Positions 1 to 8,756 of a stretch of 64,000 nt of DNA are shown here, piece after piece. The position numbers were made by a program, and so were the translations under genes. Location: the IMG/VR virus record IMGVR_UViG_3300050021_000500, positions 19,915-83,914 of that record; one strand, written 5' to 3'. The notes beneath the pieces were generated by a model, which did not search any database, was not told the origin of the DNA, and saw nothing but the letters and a program-made list of their open reading frames with translations. This stretch comes from a virus. Position 1 is the first letter of the stretch; every line of letters begins with the position of its first letter.

Positions 1-22
1 GAACGGTTTATCTCCGTTCGTC

Positions 23-523
23 TTACGATATCAACGCACGGCATGAAACCCCTTCGTCAACAAGAATTTCGTATTTATCGGGAATCTTGCCGCCCTTCGG
101 CGCATCCTCCGGGGCTTCCCAACCCTCGGCCGCGAACATCGTGCCCAATTCGTCCGAATCGAAACCCGTCAGTTTCAGATCCATGCCCAGAGCCTTGCTT
201 TCGAACAATTCCAGCCCGAGCAGCTCGAAATCGAAACTGGTTTCCTCGTGCACCCGGTTGTCCATCAGCCGGTATGCCTTCACCTGCCCCGGCGTCAGGT
301 CTGCCGCCACGTGCACCGGCACTTCGGCCATGCCCAGTTTCTTCGCGGCCATCAGGCGCGTGTGGCCCACGACGATCACGTCCTGGGCGTCGACCACGAT
401 GGGCTGCTGCCAGCCGAATTCCTTTAGGGATGCGGCGACCTTGTCGACCGCGGAGGCGGAGAGCTTGCGGGCGTTCCGCGCGTACGGGACGGGCCGGTCA
501 ATCGGCCACATCTCGATCTGCAT
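23..523 (-). CDS. ParB/Srx N-terminal domain protein of the type found next to phage packaging genes
   Basis: Motifs PYARNAR, SLKEFGWQQPIVVD and IVVGHTRLMAAKKLG. Likely start at MQIEMW (523). Confidence 0.85.
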   Translation of the reverse strand: MQIEMWPIDRPVPYARNARKLSASAVDKVAASLKEFGWQQPIVVDAQDVIVVGHTRLMAAKKLGMAEVPVHVAADLTPGQVKAYRLMDNRVHEETSFDFELLGLELFESKALGMDLKLTGFDSDELGTMFAAEGWEAPEDAPKGGKIPDKYEILVDEGVSCRALIS

Positions 524-700
524 GGCGCCGGGGAGCGCGGGAGGGGATGACTTCATAAGGTGGGGCTCTTTTTTAATGCAGTGCCAAAAGCCGGGGAAGG
601 GCCGGCGGCCGGGAAACAGCGCCCGGTGGAATCAATGGGGCCGGTGAACTCAGCGGCGCCTTTCAGCCCGTTCATTCTGTTGGTTTTAGCTGCCATAGCC

Positions 701-797
701 GTGTCTAAACCAATTGGTTGCGACACACCCGAAACCGGCTCCGCTGTCCTATTGTTTGCAACGCGCATATTGCCTTCTGAAAAGACGGTTTTGACAC
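701..797. promoter_or_regulatory. Putative res/hix-like recombination site for recombinase 808-1374
   Basis: 26-bp near-palindrome GTGTCtaAACCAATTGGTTgcGACAC at 701-726, plus half-site GTGTCAAAACC on the minus strand starting at 797, just downstream of the gene. Confidence 0.5.
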
Positions 798-807
798 AGG
801 CTCGCGC

Positions 808-1374
808 CTATGCCGCCACGGCCCGCCGGACGGTTGCGAAATTGACGCCCAACTCCGCGGCAATCTTCCGCCAGCTCATTCCCTGCTTGCGGAGCTCCTT
901 GGCGCGGTCGCGCCGGAACACCTTCGCTGGCCGGCCGCAGTGCTTGCCCTGCCGCTTAGCCTCTGCCAGGCCGGCGTTCACCCGCTCCACGATGATGTTG
1001 CGCTCCAGTTCGGCCAGGAGCGCCAGGAGCCCGAGCATGAATTTGGCGAACGGGTTCTCATTGCCCGAGTCGACGCCTTCCGTGATCGAGATCAGCCGCA
1101 CTCTCCAGGAGGAGAGTTGCAGGGTAGTCGAAACGAAGTCCTTCATCGACCGCGCAAAGCGATCAATGCGCCACACCAGCACCACATCCATCTTGCCGGC
1201 CTGTGCGTCCTTGAGCATCGACTCGAAGACGGGCCGCTTCTTGACGCTCGACGCCTTCTCAACGTACTCGACCGTTTCCCATTCCTGCCGGCCAGCATAT
1301 TTGCGGAGATCGGTCAACTGCATTTCGCAGTGCTGATCTTTGGTCGACACCCGAGCGTAGATGGCCGCCTTCAT
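808..1374 (-). CDS. Small serine recombinase (resolvase/invertase family)
   Basis: Catalytic YARVST, VWRIDRFARS, AELERNIIVER, GRP, and a C-terminal HTH. Confidence 0.95.
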   Translation of the reverse strand: MKAAIYARVSTKDQHCEMQLTDLRKYAGRQEWETVEYVEKASSVKKRPVFESMLKDAQAGKMDVVLVWRIDRFARSMKDFVSTTLQLSSWRVRLISITEGVDSGNENPFAKFMLGLLALLAELERNIIVERVNAGLAEAKRQGKHCGRPAKVFRRDRAKELRKQGMSWRKIAAELGVNFATVRRAVAA

Positions 1375-1676
1375 TGTTCCCGCACTTCCGCAATGAGCTT
1401 TTCCAACGGCACGTTCACCGGCCGGGCGCCGCCGCGCGCGCTATGTGCCAGAAGGCCGGCGGTCTTGCGAGCGCACCGCGCGGCCGCGGCGTGGATATCC
1501 AACAGCATCGGATGGGCGTAATGCAAGAGACCCACGTCGGCCAGCAGTTCTGCGGTGCCGTTGAGGATGATGGTCAATTCGTCGTTGACGTCATGCGCCG
1601 CCGCGGCTGCTACCGAACAGGCTCTCTCAGCATGGGTTCTGCGCTCGACGTTGGACATCCGAGACATGGCAAACAT
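1371..1676 (-). CDS. Stand-alone HisKA/DHp (phospho-acceptor) domain protein
   Basis: AHDVNDELTIILNGTAELL resembles the H-box AHDFNNLLTVILG. IHAAAARCARKTAGLLAHS resembles DHp helix 2. No ATPase domain. Confidence 0.7.
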   Translation of the reverse strand: MFAMSRMSNVERRTHAERACSVAAAAAHDVNDELTIILNGTAELLADVGLLHYAHPMLLDIHAAAARCARKTAGLLAHSARGGARPVNVPLEKLIAEVREQ

Positions 1677-1778
1677 AGAACTATTTCAACAAACGGAAAG
1701 GCGGAGTGCGCTCCCACCGCGTCGACGGGGTAGGAGCGCCCATAGAGGAAGACTCCGCTCTCTGCTGCAAAGATCGTT

Positions 1779-2303
1779 TTACTTCAGCAGGCGCCGCAAT
1801 TGCTTCAACGCCTGCGCCCTGCTTTGACCAATCGATTCGACCGAACGCCCCATAGCGGCCGCCAGATCCTTGTAGGTCCGGTCTTCGAAATACAGACCTA
1901 TCAGAACCCGGGTCCGCAATGGGCTTAATCTGCACATGGCCGATCTCAGCCGGTACCCCGCTTCGTTGCGAAGATATTGGGCCTCCGGCGACGGCTCGGG
2001 ACTTGCGTGATTCCGTAGGACGCGCGTGGTTCGGAAGGCGATCCCCGTGGCATCCCCGGCTTTGATCGCGCGGCGATGCGACCGGGTGGCCGGGTCCTCG
2101 CGGCGCCACCAATCCGCGACCGCCCCCGCCGCACGATAGCCAAGGAAGGTATGCGATCTTGTACCTCGGCTCGGGTCGAATCGCGCCATCGCTACAAGCA
2201 CGGCGAGCGCCGCTTCCTGCTCCGCATCTTCTCGTAGATAACCGGGCACCCGCCGTACAGCATAAGTGATCCTCTTCGTGATTTCCGCAGGGATCGATTC
2301 CAC
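1779..2303 (-). CDS. Sigma-70 family RNA polymerase sigma factor (FliA/WhiG-like regions 2 and 4)
   Basis: Region 2: EDAEQEA..ARFDPSRG..GAVADWWRREDP. Region 4: LSPLRTRVLIGLYFEDRTYKDLA..QSRAQALKQLR. Confidence 0.85.
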   Translation of the reverse strand: MESIPAEITKRITYAVRRVPGYLREDAEQEAALAVLVAMARFDPSRGTRSHTFLGYRAAGAVADWWRREDPATRSHRRAIKAGDATGIAFRTTRVLRNHASPEPSPEAQYLRNEAGYRLRSAMCRLSPLRTRVLIGLYFEDRTYKDLAAAMGRSVESIGQSRAQALKQLRRLLK

Positions 2304-2305
2304 TT

Positions 2306-2548
2306 CTATTTCCGGGAGGTGCGCACTTTTTTTTGTTCGAGGGCTGCCAGCCGCAATTCCAGATTCTCTTTACTCACGTATTTGCCGTTCACCAGGCTAA
2401 AAAACTGAATCTGCGCGGCGGCCAGTGCCACGTGAAATTCATTGCGCAATGCTTCCAATTGGGTCTTGAGCCCGAAGCCGATGAGGGCCAGGATAATGGT
2501 CGTCAGAATGGCAAAAATCGCGGAGATATACGGAACAATGTTTGGCAT
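2306..2548 (-). CDS. Small single-TM membrane protein with coiled coil
   Basis: N-terminal hydrophobic helix; GGAG RBS upstream. Confidence 0.7.
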   Translation of the reverse strand: MPNIVPYISAIFAILTTIILALIGFGLKTQLEALRNEFHVALAAAQIQFFSLVNGKYVSKENLELRLAALEQKKVRTSRK

Positions 2549-2601
2549 GGCTATACTCCTTGTTCTTGTTGGATTTCTTTGGTACTCCGCGCAAAACTCA
2601 G

Positions 2602-2697
2602 CGGTTAAAGGGTTCGAGGTTTGGTGGCTTCAGGGTGCGCGCTCGTGATGCGCCGCCTGGCCCAACCGTCGCCGTGGGACGGCGCTGGCCCGGCTCT
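2602..2697 (+). repeat. Hairpin end element L1 (pair 1)
   Basis: CGGTTAAAG...GCCTGGCCCA ACCGT CGCCGT GGG ACGGCG C TGGCCCGGC TCT. Confidence 0.9.
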
Positions 2698-2718
2698 GAA
2701 GTCAGCTACCGGAGAGCC

Positions 2719-3024
2719 TTATTTGTTCTCGATGCGCTGTGCGATAGTGGCGGCAAAACCGCAGAGGCATGCCAGCCGCAAACCCAGGGCGGCGATTTTT
2801 TCTTCGATGGTGCTGAGTTCAGTTAGTTCGGGATCACCGGCTCTTGGCCCGAAGAGATTCGCGTGAATGGCGCACAGATGGCGTTCGAGTTCGCCGCTCC
2901 ACTTCAATGCCTCATCGGTCCTGGTGGTGAGACTGGCTTCTTTGAGCGGAGCCCGTGGGCCTTCCGCTGCGATCCGCGTCACCTGGGCAGGGGCGCGATT
3001 CGTGTTTTGCTGGTTGGGTCGCAT
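2719..3024 (-). CDS. Hypothetical protein, cargo of pair 1
   Basis: 101-aa ORF filling the interval between L1 and R1. Confidence 0.7.
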   Translation of the reverse strand: MRPNQQNTNRAPAQVTRIAAEGPRAPLKEASLTTRTDEALKWSGELERHLCAIHANLFGPRAGDPELTELSTIEEKIAALGLRLACLCGFAATIAQRIENK

Positions 3025-3039
3025 AAATCTGTTTTGACT

Positions 3040-3291
3040 TCAGAGCCGCTTCAGCGGCCGTAGGCCGACGGTTGAAGCGGCGGCGTGGAGCGAGCGCCTC
3101 GCACAAAAGGGCAGGACCCCGATAGCTTTAACCGGAGCGGAATTCAGGCCGTCTATTGGATCGCTCCATGCTTCATACACGCGATCTGAACCGACAGCGG
3201 AGGTTTCGAACTTCTCGCGCTTTACGGGACCATAGGCGCGAATGAAGCCGAGCGGGCGCCGCAACTCTCTGCCGTCGGGGCCAAGGATCAT
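3040..3291 (-). CDS. Hypothetical protein whose C-terminus is encoded by element R1
   Basis: ATGA overlap with the nusG-like gene; the stop codon lies at the inner edge of R1. Confidence 0.6.
   Translation of the reverse strand: MILGPDGRELRRPLGFIRAYGPVKREKFETSAVGSDRVYEAWSDPIDGLNSAPVKAIGVLPFCARRSLHAAASTVGLRPLKRL
3042..3134 (-). repeat. Hairpin end element R1 (pair 1)
   Basis: Minus strand: CGGTTAAAG...GCCGCTTCA ACCGT CGGCC TAC GGCCG C TGAAGCGGC TCT. Confidence 0.9.
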
Positions 3292-3788
3292 GCGACCTTC
3301 CGCTCAATCACTTGGATATCTTCAATTGCAACCCGAGTGCGAATTGACCGCTGGAACATCGTGACCGAAACCACCACAAGGGCCTCGCCTTTCATTTCGA
3401 TTACGTACCCTTCGAGGCCGACAAGCGGCCCACACCTGATTCTGATTTGTTCGCCGGCAGCCACATACGGGCAGGCGGTGACATCCGCTGTTGCGAATAG
3501 GGTCATGGTGCGAATCGCGTCGACCTCGGAGGTTGGGATGATCACCGGAGAATGGGCGCATCCCAAAATTGAGATAACCTGGGGAATTCGAATGACCGGG
3601 GTGCGCTCGGCCAGGTCGAAATTGGCGAACACGTACCCAGGAAAGAATTTGCGGGTGATGTCACGGCGCTTATCGCGCGACTTCGCCATCACGTGAGGGA
3701 AGAAGCTGTCGATGCGGGCCTCGGAGAGCCGGTCGACGACCTGGCCTTCGGTGTTGGAAGCGACGTGCAAGGCATACCACGGCAGCAT
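3288..3788 (-). CDS. NusG-family antitermination factor (specialised paralogue, UpxY/RfaH/LoaP-like)
   Basis: NGN domain WYALHV..FFPGYVF and KOW motif GEQIRIRCGPLVGLEG. Confidence 0.92.
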   Translation of the reverse strand: MLPWYALHVASNTEGQVVDRLSEARIDSFFPHVMAKSRDKRRDITRKFFPGYVFANFDLAERTPVIRIPQVISILGCAHSPVIIPTSEVDAIRTMTLFATADVTACPYVAAGEQIRIRCGPLVGLEGYVIEMKGEALVVVSVTMFQRSIRTRVAIEDIQVIERKVA

Positions 3789-3853
3789 CGAGACACACTC
3801 CGCGCCCTTACTTACTTTTTGGGGCTGCTAAAACCGGTCTAACGCCGGGCTGT

Positions 3854-4279
3854 TTACGCCGCTACGGGCGTCTGTAGAAGGCCGCCGGAGACGTCGCGCG
3901 AGCCGGTACGCTCGCTGGTGACGAAGCCGGTCTGTTTGTCCGCGGGGATCTCCGCGTCGAGCAGCTTGAATGGAATCGTGAGTTTCGAGAGCAGGCCATC
4001 GAGACCCATGGCTTTGCGTAGCAGCGCAAGCGCTTTGGGCCTGTTGGTTATTTCGCGCCGGAATTCGCGCGCCGTGAGATCGAGATAGTAGAGGCGCCCG
4101 GTGAGCCGTATCGGCAGGTTGGCCGGGCGGGTCTCACACTGCTGCTGGAGTTTGGCTTTGAGCTTCGCCAGTTCGTCCCGCTCGGGCTTCTGCTCGCGCT
4201 CTCTGGCCAAGAGGTAGGCACACCGATCGATGTCGCAAGCGGAGGGGGAATCGATAGCCGGAGCAGTTTTGGTAGCCAT
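3854..4279 (-). CDS. Hypothetical phage protein
   Basis: ORF in operon orientation with a coiled-coil N-half. Confidence 0.65.
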   Translation of the reverse strand: MATKTAPAIDSPSACDIDRCAYLLAREREQKPERDELAKLKAKLQQQCETRPANLPIRLTGRLYYLDLTAREFRREITNRPKALALLRKAMGLDGLLSKLTIPFKLLDAEIPADKQTGFVTSERTGSRDVSGGLLQTPVAA

Positions 4280-4390
4280 CAAAATCCATGGTGCCCTGGA
4301 TCCTTGGGCTTGCCAAGACTGAATTCCGTGCCAAATTAAACAAAAGCGGATATATTATAATCAGGTACTTAGGTATGTTTTGACCGTGAC

Positions 4391-4777
4391 ATGGTTTTTA
4401 ATCGCACAGAACGCCTAGTCTGCCGCGCACTGACAAACGGTCACAGCGCTACGGAAATTGCCGAGGATTTGGAAATGGCGGTTTCGAGCGTCGGCCGGCA
4501 CATGCGTAGTGCAATCCGCAAGGCGGCGTTGCACAGCCGATACGAACTCCTCGTGTTTTTGTTCCAATCGCCGGCCTCGCTGTCCAAGGGCGGCCGTTTC
4601 ATGCCGGGGCTCCACAATTCAGCGACTTGCGCGTGCCCCTGCTGCTGCTATATGAGGGCCACAAGCCTGTCCCCGGATGTGCCAACCGCGCGAGAACTCG
4701 TAACTCAGTTGAGGGATCCGATGGACTGGAAAGATCTACCACCAGCGGCTCCCCCACCGTCCGCCTCTCCAGACTAA
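4391..4777 (+). CDS. LuxR-type HTH regulator with Cys-rich tail
   Basis: FNRTERLVCRALTNGHSATEIAEDLEMAVSSVGRHMRSAIRK; CACPCC. Confidence 0.8.
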   Translation: MVFNRTERLVCRALTNGHSATEIAEDLEMAVSSVGRHMRSAIRKAALHSRYELLVFLFQSPASLSKGGRFMPGLHNSATCACPCCCYMRATSLSPDVPTARELVTQLRDPMDWKDLPPAAPPPSASPD

Positions 4778-4810
4778 CTCGTATTAGACTGAGGTAAGGA
4801 GAATCAACTT

Positions 4811-5212
4811 ATGGGCAGACTTGCCTTAGAACTACCAACACAGACACCAACCTTCCTGGTTGAGCGCTTCGAAAACGGATATTACCGCATTGGCGGGGTA
4901 TCCCTCCAGCAGATCCAGATCAACCTCAACGAGATGATGCAGACCGCGAGTGCCGCGCCCTCCGTGACGGGTGCGCCGCTGCCGGCTCTGAGACGCCAGC
5001 GACGCAAAACAATCACCGCAACTTTCACGCCCGCGCGCAAGCCACGCACGTTGAGCGCCGCCGGCAGGAAGAGGATCGCCGCTGCGCAAAAGGCGCGCTG
5101 GGCGAAGAAACGGGAAGCAGAAGCAATCGCAGGCGAGACTGCGCCGGTACCGACAGCGCAGAAACGGCACCGCGCCAAGCGGCAGCCGAAGACGATGACG
5201 GCCGCCGGATAA
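4811..5212 (+). CDS. Basic putative DNA-binding protein
   Basis: RTLSAAGRKRIAAAQKARWAKKR motif; AAGGAG RBS. Confidence 0.7.
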   Translation: MGRLALELPTQTPTFLVERFENGYYRIGGVSLQQIQINLNEMMQTASAAPSVTGAPLPALRRQRRKTITATFTPARKPRTLSAAGRKRIAAAQKARWAKKREAEAIAGETAPVPTAQKRHRAKRQPKTMTAAG

Positions 5213-5251
5213 CAAAACAAAAAACGGCGCCGTCCCGGACGAGGCGGCGCC
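5213..5251 (-). terminator. Intrinsic terminator between convergent genes
   Basis: GGCGCCGTC/GGCGGCGCC stem with a T-run on the minus strand. Confidence 0.6.
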
Positions 5252-5278
5252 ATAAGCCTGTTCAGCCAAAGGAGTGTT

Positions 5279-5614
5279 CTACGATTCCAAGGTTACCACC
5301 CCGGCCCCGTCACGCGCCCGCGTCGGTGCTACCTGCTGCATCTCGTAGTCACAGTAGTAATCGTACGGCGGCCGGTAGTCCGGGTCATCCTCCATCGCCT
5401 CCTGGACGTCATCCGGCGGGTCTTTGGGCACCTCGATGGCGCGGTGCGTCACCTGGCCGGCGTAGGTGATGTGCATATCGGTAACACTGGCTGACCACCC
5501 GTCGCAGTCTAAATAGGCTTCAATGACCTCGGCAGCAGCTTCCAACGCGGACTCCAGGGTCGGACAATCGACGTTGTCTCCCGCCGGATCTACAACAGTC
5601 CACGTATCGCTCAT
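5279..5614 (-). CDS. Acidic hypothetical protein
   Basis: ATGA overlap with the upstream gene; GGAGG RBS. Confidence 0.7.
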   Translation of the reverse strand: MSDTWTVVDPAGDNVDCPTLESALEAAAEVIEAYLDCDGWSASVTDMHITYAGQVTHRAIEVPKDPPDDVQEAMEDDPDYRPPYDYYCDYEMQQVAPTRARDGAGVVTLES

Positions 5615-5943
5615 CGCAGGACCTCCGCCACCGCACACCGAATGCAGTGTCGCGTCTCCGGTACCGCCTTTAACCGATTCTCCCTGATCGCCTTGCCACA
5701 TTCGATGCACTCGCCGTACGTCCCGTTATTTAGCCGCGCCAGAGCTTCCTCGACCATCGCCAGGCCCACTCCGGCGCACTCAATCTCTTTAGCGGTGTTA
5801 TCTCGCGCGTAGAGGTTAACCGCGCTCTCCTGCGATTCTGCCGTTCGTTCTACTTCGATGTGACCGCGCAAGTGGGCTAAGTGATTGAGCGCCTCGCCGC
5901 GCTTGGCTTCGAGACGGGATCGGGGGCTCGTATTATCTGGCAT
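5611..5943 (-). CDS. DksA/TraR family C4 zinc-finger protein
   Basis: EALARLNNGTYGECIECGKAIRENRLKAVPETRHCIRC. Confidence 0.9.
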   Translation of the reverse strand: MPDNTSPRSRLEAKRGEALNHLAHLRGHIEVERTAESQESAVNLYARDNTAKEIECAGVGLAMVEEALARLNNGTYGECIECGKAIRENRLKAVPETRHCIRCAVAEVLR

Positions 5944-6283
5944 CGGATTCTCCTCGGGCTTTTGCCATCGCCGGTGCGAAAGCAAATACGTGATGGGTCT
6001 TGCCCTCTTCGTCAATGACGGGTTGAGGGTTGAGCCGAAAGAGGCCGCCTCCGGCATAGTTGCAGGGGCCGGTGCCTTCTCCGAACGCCTGACGGCCGCC
6101 GGTCCACCGCCCGACGCATGAGAAGGCAGCTTCTCCTTCGGTGGCACCAGCGGCTTTCCAGTCGGACACCGAAGCAACGTGGTGGCAGACCGGACAGGCG
6201 AAGCGCCAGTTCAGCGGATCTGGGCCGAAGCGCCTTATGGCTTCGGTCCGCCATTCGACTACGGTCATCGGATCAAGCGGCAT
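5933..6283 (-). CDS. Cys-rich phage protein (VVA0879-like)
   Basis: RRFG.DPLNWRFACPVC..SCVGRW..CNYAGGGLFRLNP. Confidence 0.7.
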   Translation of the reverse strand: MPLDPMTVVEWRTEAIRRFGPDPLNWRFACPVCHHVASVSDWKAAGATEGEAAFSCVGRWTGGRQAFGEGTGPCNYAGGGLFRLNPQPVIDEEGKTHHVFAFAPAMAKARGESDAR

Positions 6284-6638
6284 CGGATTCTCCTCGTGCT
6301 TTCTTCGCGGCGGCCCGCAGCATGTCCCAGTCCGGAGGGGCACCATCGCCATCCACCATGTTGAGCGCAGCCATGACGGCGGCGTACAGATCCTGAGCCG
6401 CAACAATGAGGTGGGCGTCAGCCGGGTTGACGATGCCGCCTTCCGGGTAGTTGTAGTCCCGGTCGCAGGAGACTTCCACTACGTCAATTTCATCGGTCTC
6501 GCCATGAGTTCCGCTCGGGTAGGAGTATGGTATCTTGCCACCCGCCGCTATCCCGTAGTGAGTCGGCGCATCGAGCGCATCCCGATGCTCGGTGATGCGC
6601 CACGGTCCAGGTGTCCACTTCGGTGTCCTATTTGGCAT
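6273..6638 (-). CDS. Conserved phage early protein (TPGPW...A.LI.AA.DL type)
   Basis: KWTPGPW and ADAHLIVAAQDLY. Confidence 0.75.
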   Translation of the reverse strand: MPNRTPKWTPGPWRITEHRDALDAPTHYGIAAGGKIPYSYPSGTHGETDEIDVVEVSCDRDYNYPEGGIVNPADAHLIVAAQDLYAAVMAALNMVDGDGAPPDWDMLRAAAKKARGESDAA

Positions 6639-7278
6639 CAGTTTGTTCTCCTTGAATCGGTTCGTACCGGAACATGATGGTGTCGTAGGTGGCCTCAAGG
6701 TGAATTGGCTTTCCTGTCGTATTCAACCAGGAAGCGATTTTCAGATTGAGCATATTATCCGAATCGAGCAAGATGTTGATCTGCTTATCGTAGGGCAACC
6801 TGGTTTTCGGCTCCTTCTCCACCACGGCATCCTGCAGGTAGAGCAGGCATCCGCTGGCGCAGTAGTCGCATTCTTGAGTACCCCCCATGGAAGTCGTCTG
6901 GAATCCCATGAGCACGCCCGCGCCGCTTTCCAATGGCGTCGGCGGGTCACCCGGCAAGCTCTTGATCCAGGCCACCAGGTCACCCCGCAGCGCGAGGATG
7001 CGAACCCGATAGCCCGCCGGCGGGTAGAACGGGATTGGCAGCATGGCGGAGTCGGCATGGCCCCAGATGCAAGGGCCGACGCTGCAGGATACGTTCGCCA
7101 TCCGGGTATCCACCGGGCCGTAGAGATCCCGCGGGAAGTTTCCCGATGCGGTGTGTGTGTCGGCTCCTTGCGCCGAAGCTACCCGGGCGAGTAGCGCAAA
7201 GCCGATCACCAGAACAAGCCCCGGCCATCCTCCAGCCAGTGCTTTCAATGTAAGACAGATTTCTCGCTTGAGCATCAC
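6628..7278 (-). CDS. Putative exported protein
   Basis: Hydrophobic signal-like N-terminus ending ASA-Q. Confidence 0.7.
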   Translation of the reverse strand: MMLKREICLTLKALAGGWPGLVLVIGFALLARVASAQGADTHTASGNFPRDLYGPVDTRMANVSCSVGPCIWGHADSAMLPIPFYPPAGYRVRILALRGDLVAWIKSLPGDPPTPLESGAGVLMGFQTTSMGGTQECDYCASGCLLYLQDAVVEKEPKTRLPYDKQINILLDSDNMLNLKIASWLNTTGKPIHLEATYDTIMFRYEPIQGEQTDAK

Positions 7279-7841
7279 CGGGGCTCCTCCAGGATCATGC
7301 GTTCTCCTTGGCGCATGCGCCGGCTCTCAGTTTTGAGCGCCTGCATTCGTTTGTACATCCGGTTCGGTTTTTTCCACTGCCGGCTGTCCTCCTCGGTAAA
7401 CATCACGTCCAATTCGTCCCAGGCATCTACAAACGGCTTCCACCAGGGATACCTATCGCTGACGAGTGAGAGCTGGCTTCGCCACTCCGGGATCAGCACC
7501 AGGAGCGCGCGGCAGCGGCTGAAGTCGTCCGGGTCGTGCGGTATATCGGGATTCTGTATTCGGTGACCCACAAGAAGCGTGGCCCATATCGTCTCGCTAC
7601 TCACCCCCACATCTCCGCGCCTCTTCCACCACGCAGCTCGAATCTCGATGGATTTGGTGAGCGGCGGAGCGTCACCAAACGCGCCGCCAAAGCCGAGGCG
7701 ACAAGCTCCGGCGCCGCACTTCGGACAATGAACCGCATTGACGGAAGCAATCCAGACCTCAATGGGCGATTCAGCCACCGTCTCCGCTTCGAAGACGCGC
7801 TTGCAAACCATGCAGGTCAAACGTTGAACTTGTATTTTCAA
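7275..7841 (-). CDS. Hypothetical protein with N-terminal Zn ribbon
   Basis: Two CxxC; GVSSETIW; PHDPDDFSRC. Confidence 0.75.
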   Translation of the reverse strand: MKIQVQRLTCMVCKRVFEAETVAESPIEVWIASVNAVHCPKCGAGACRLGFGGAFGDAPPLTKSIEIRAAWWKRRGDVGVSSETIWATLLVGHRIQNPDIPHDPDDFSRCRALLVLIPEWRSQLSLVSDRYPWWKPFVDAWDELDVMFTEEDSRQWKKPNRMYKRMQALKTESRRMRQGERMILEEPR

Positions 7842-7844
7842 TGG

Positions 7845-7958
7845 TTACCTCCCATTTACAAACCAGGTGACCAGCGCGAAGCCGATCACCAGAACAAGCC
7901 CCGGCCATGCTCCGGCCAGAGCCTCCAATGTAAGGCGGATCTCTCGCTTGAGCATCAT
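7845..7958 (-). CDS. 37-aa membrane peptide, paralogue of the N-terminus of 6628-7278
   Basis: MMLKREIRLTLEALAGAWPGLVLVIGFALVTWFVNGR; 85-bp direct repeat. Confidence 0.6.
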   Translation of the reverse strand: MMLKREIRLTLEALAGAWPGLVLVIGFALVTWFVNGR

Positions 7959-8170
7959 CGCGCCTCCTCGGACAATTGCGCCCGCCGCGCCTTGCGGCCC
8001 CGGTCAAATTCGCGCAGGCCAGTCGCCAGGATCGTCGCCTCGCGCGCCAGGGTCTCCAGCGCCCAGACGGCGAAACCGACGCAGCCCCGGAACCCGGCAG
8101 CGCGGGACAGGGTGATGGCGCGGGCGAGCGGGATGCAGCCGGCGAACAGGATGATGGTCAGGGTCGTCAT
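7955..8170 (-). CDS. Small hypothetical membrane protein
   Basis: ATGA overlaps on both sides. Confidence 0.6.
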   Translation of the reverse strand: MTTLTIILFAGCIPLARAITLSRAAGFRGCVGFAVWALETLAREATILATGLREFDRGRKARRAQLSEEAR

Positions 8171-8370
8171 GCAGCACCTCGCAGGAATTGGAGCGCGATC
8201 ATGTAGGCTCCTTCGTATCCATCGCGCAGGTGTTTATACAGCGCGTTTTGCATGACCACGGGCAACCGCTCGTAACACTCCACGCAGAAGGCTTGTTTCT
8301 GGAATTTATGGGCGCCGCACTGGCAGACCTCGCCGCTCAATTCGCGCATGAGAACGCCGGCACGGGTCAT
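8167..8370 (-). CDS. Small Zn-finger protein (paralogue of 9178-9387)
   Basis: GEVCQCG..FCVECYERLP. Confidence 0.7.
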   Translation of the reverse strand: MTRAGVLMRELSGEVCQCGAHKFQKQAFCVECYERLPVVMQNALYKHLRDGYEGAYMIALQFLRGAA

Positions 8371-8756
8371 AATGCCTCCAAGGAAGTCCGCACGGAGTTC
8401 CGGCCGCGCCGAGTCTGGGCGTCGGACCATTCCGTGAATAACGCTTCGATGACGATGGCGAAATCGATGATGTACTTCGCCTGGAACTTCGCAGGGCCAA
8501 TCCGATGCAACTCCATGTGCTCGTCGTGTGTGAGAGGGATGCAGGTGAACCCACTGGACTTTTGCGAGAGTCCGTGGGGCCCGGTGTGCGCAGCTTCGAT
8601 GTAGCGGGTCGATCCGGACACGACCGAAGCCTGCTGGCGGATCCAGGCGCGGTAGCCTTCGGCCCGATCCGGCCCCCGGCGGGGCTTGCGGCGCCGGCGA
8701 GGGTTGAGCGTCTTGCTGCCGAAAATGGTATAGGAGAGCCAGCGTCCGAGGTTCAT
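8367..8756 (-). CDS. DUF968/HNH-like putative nuclease
   Basis: YRAWIRQQ..EAAH..G.SQKSS..IPL..EHMELH..G..FQAKY. Confidence 0.7.
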   Translation of the reverse strand: MNLGRWLSYTIFGSKTLNPRRRRKPRRGPDRAEGYRAWIRQQASVVSGSTRYIEAAHTGPHGLSQKSSGFTCIPLTHDEHMELHRIGPAKFQAKYIIDFAIVIEALFTEWSDAQTRRGRNSVRTSLEAL

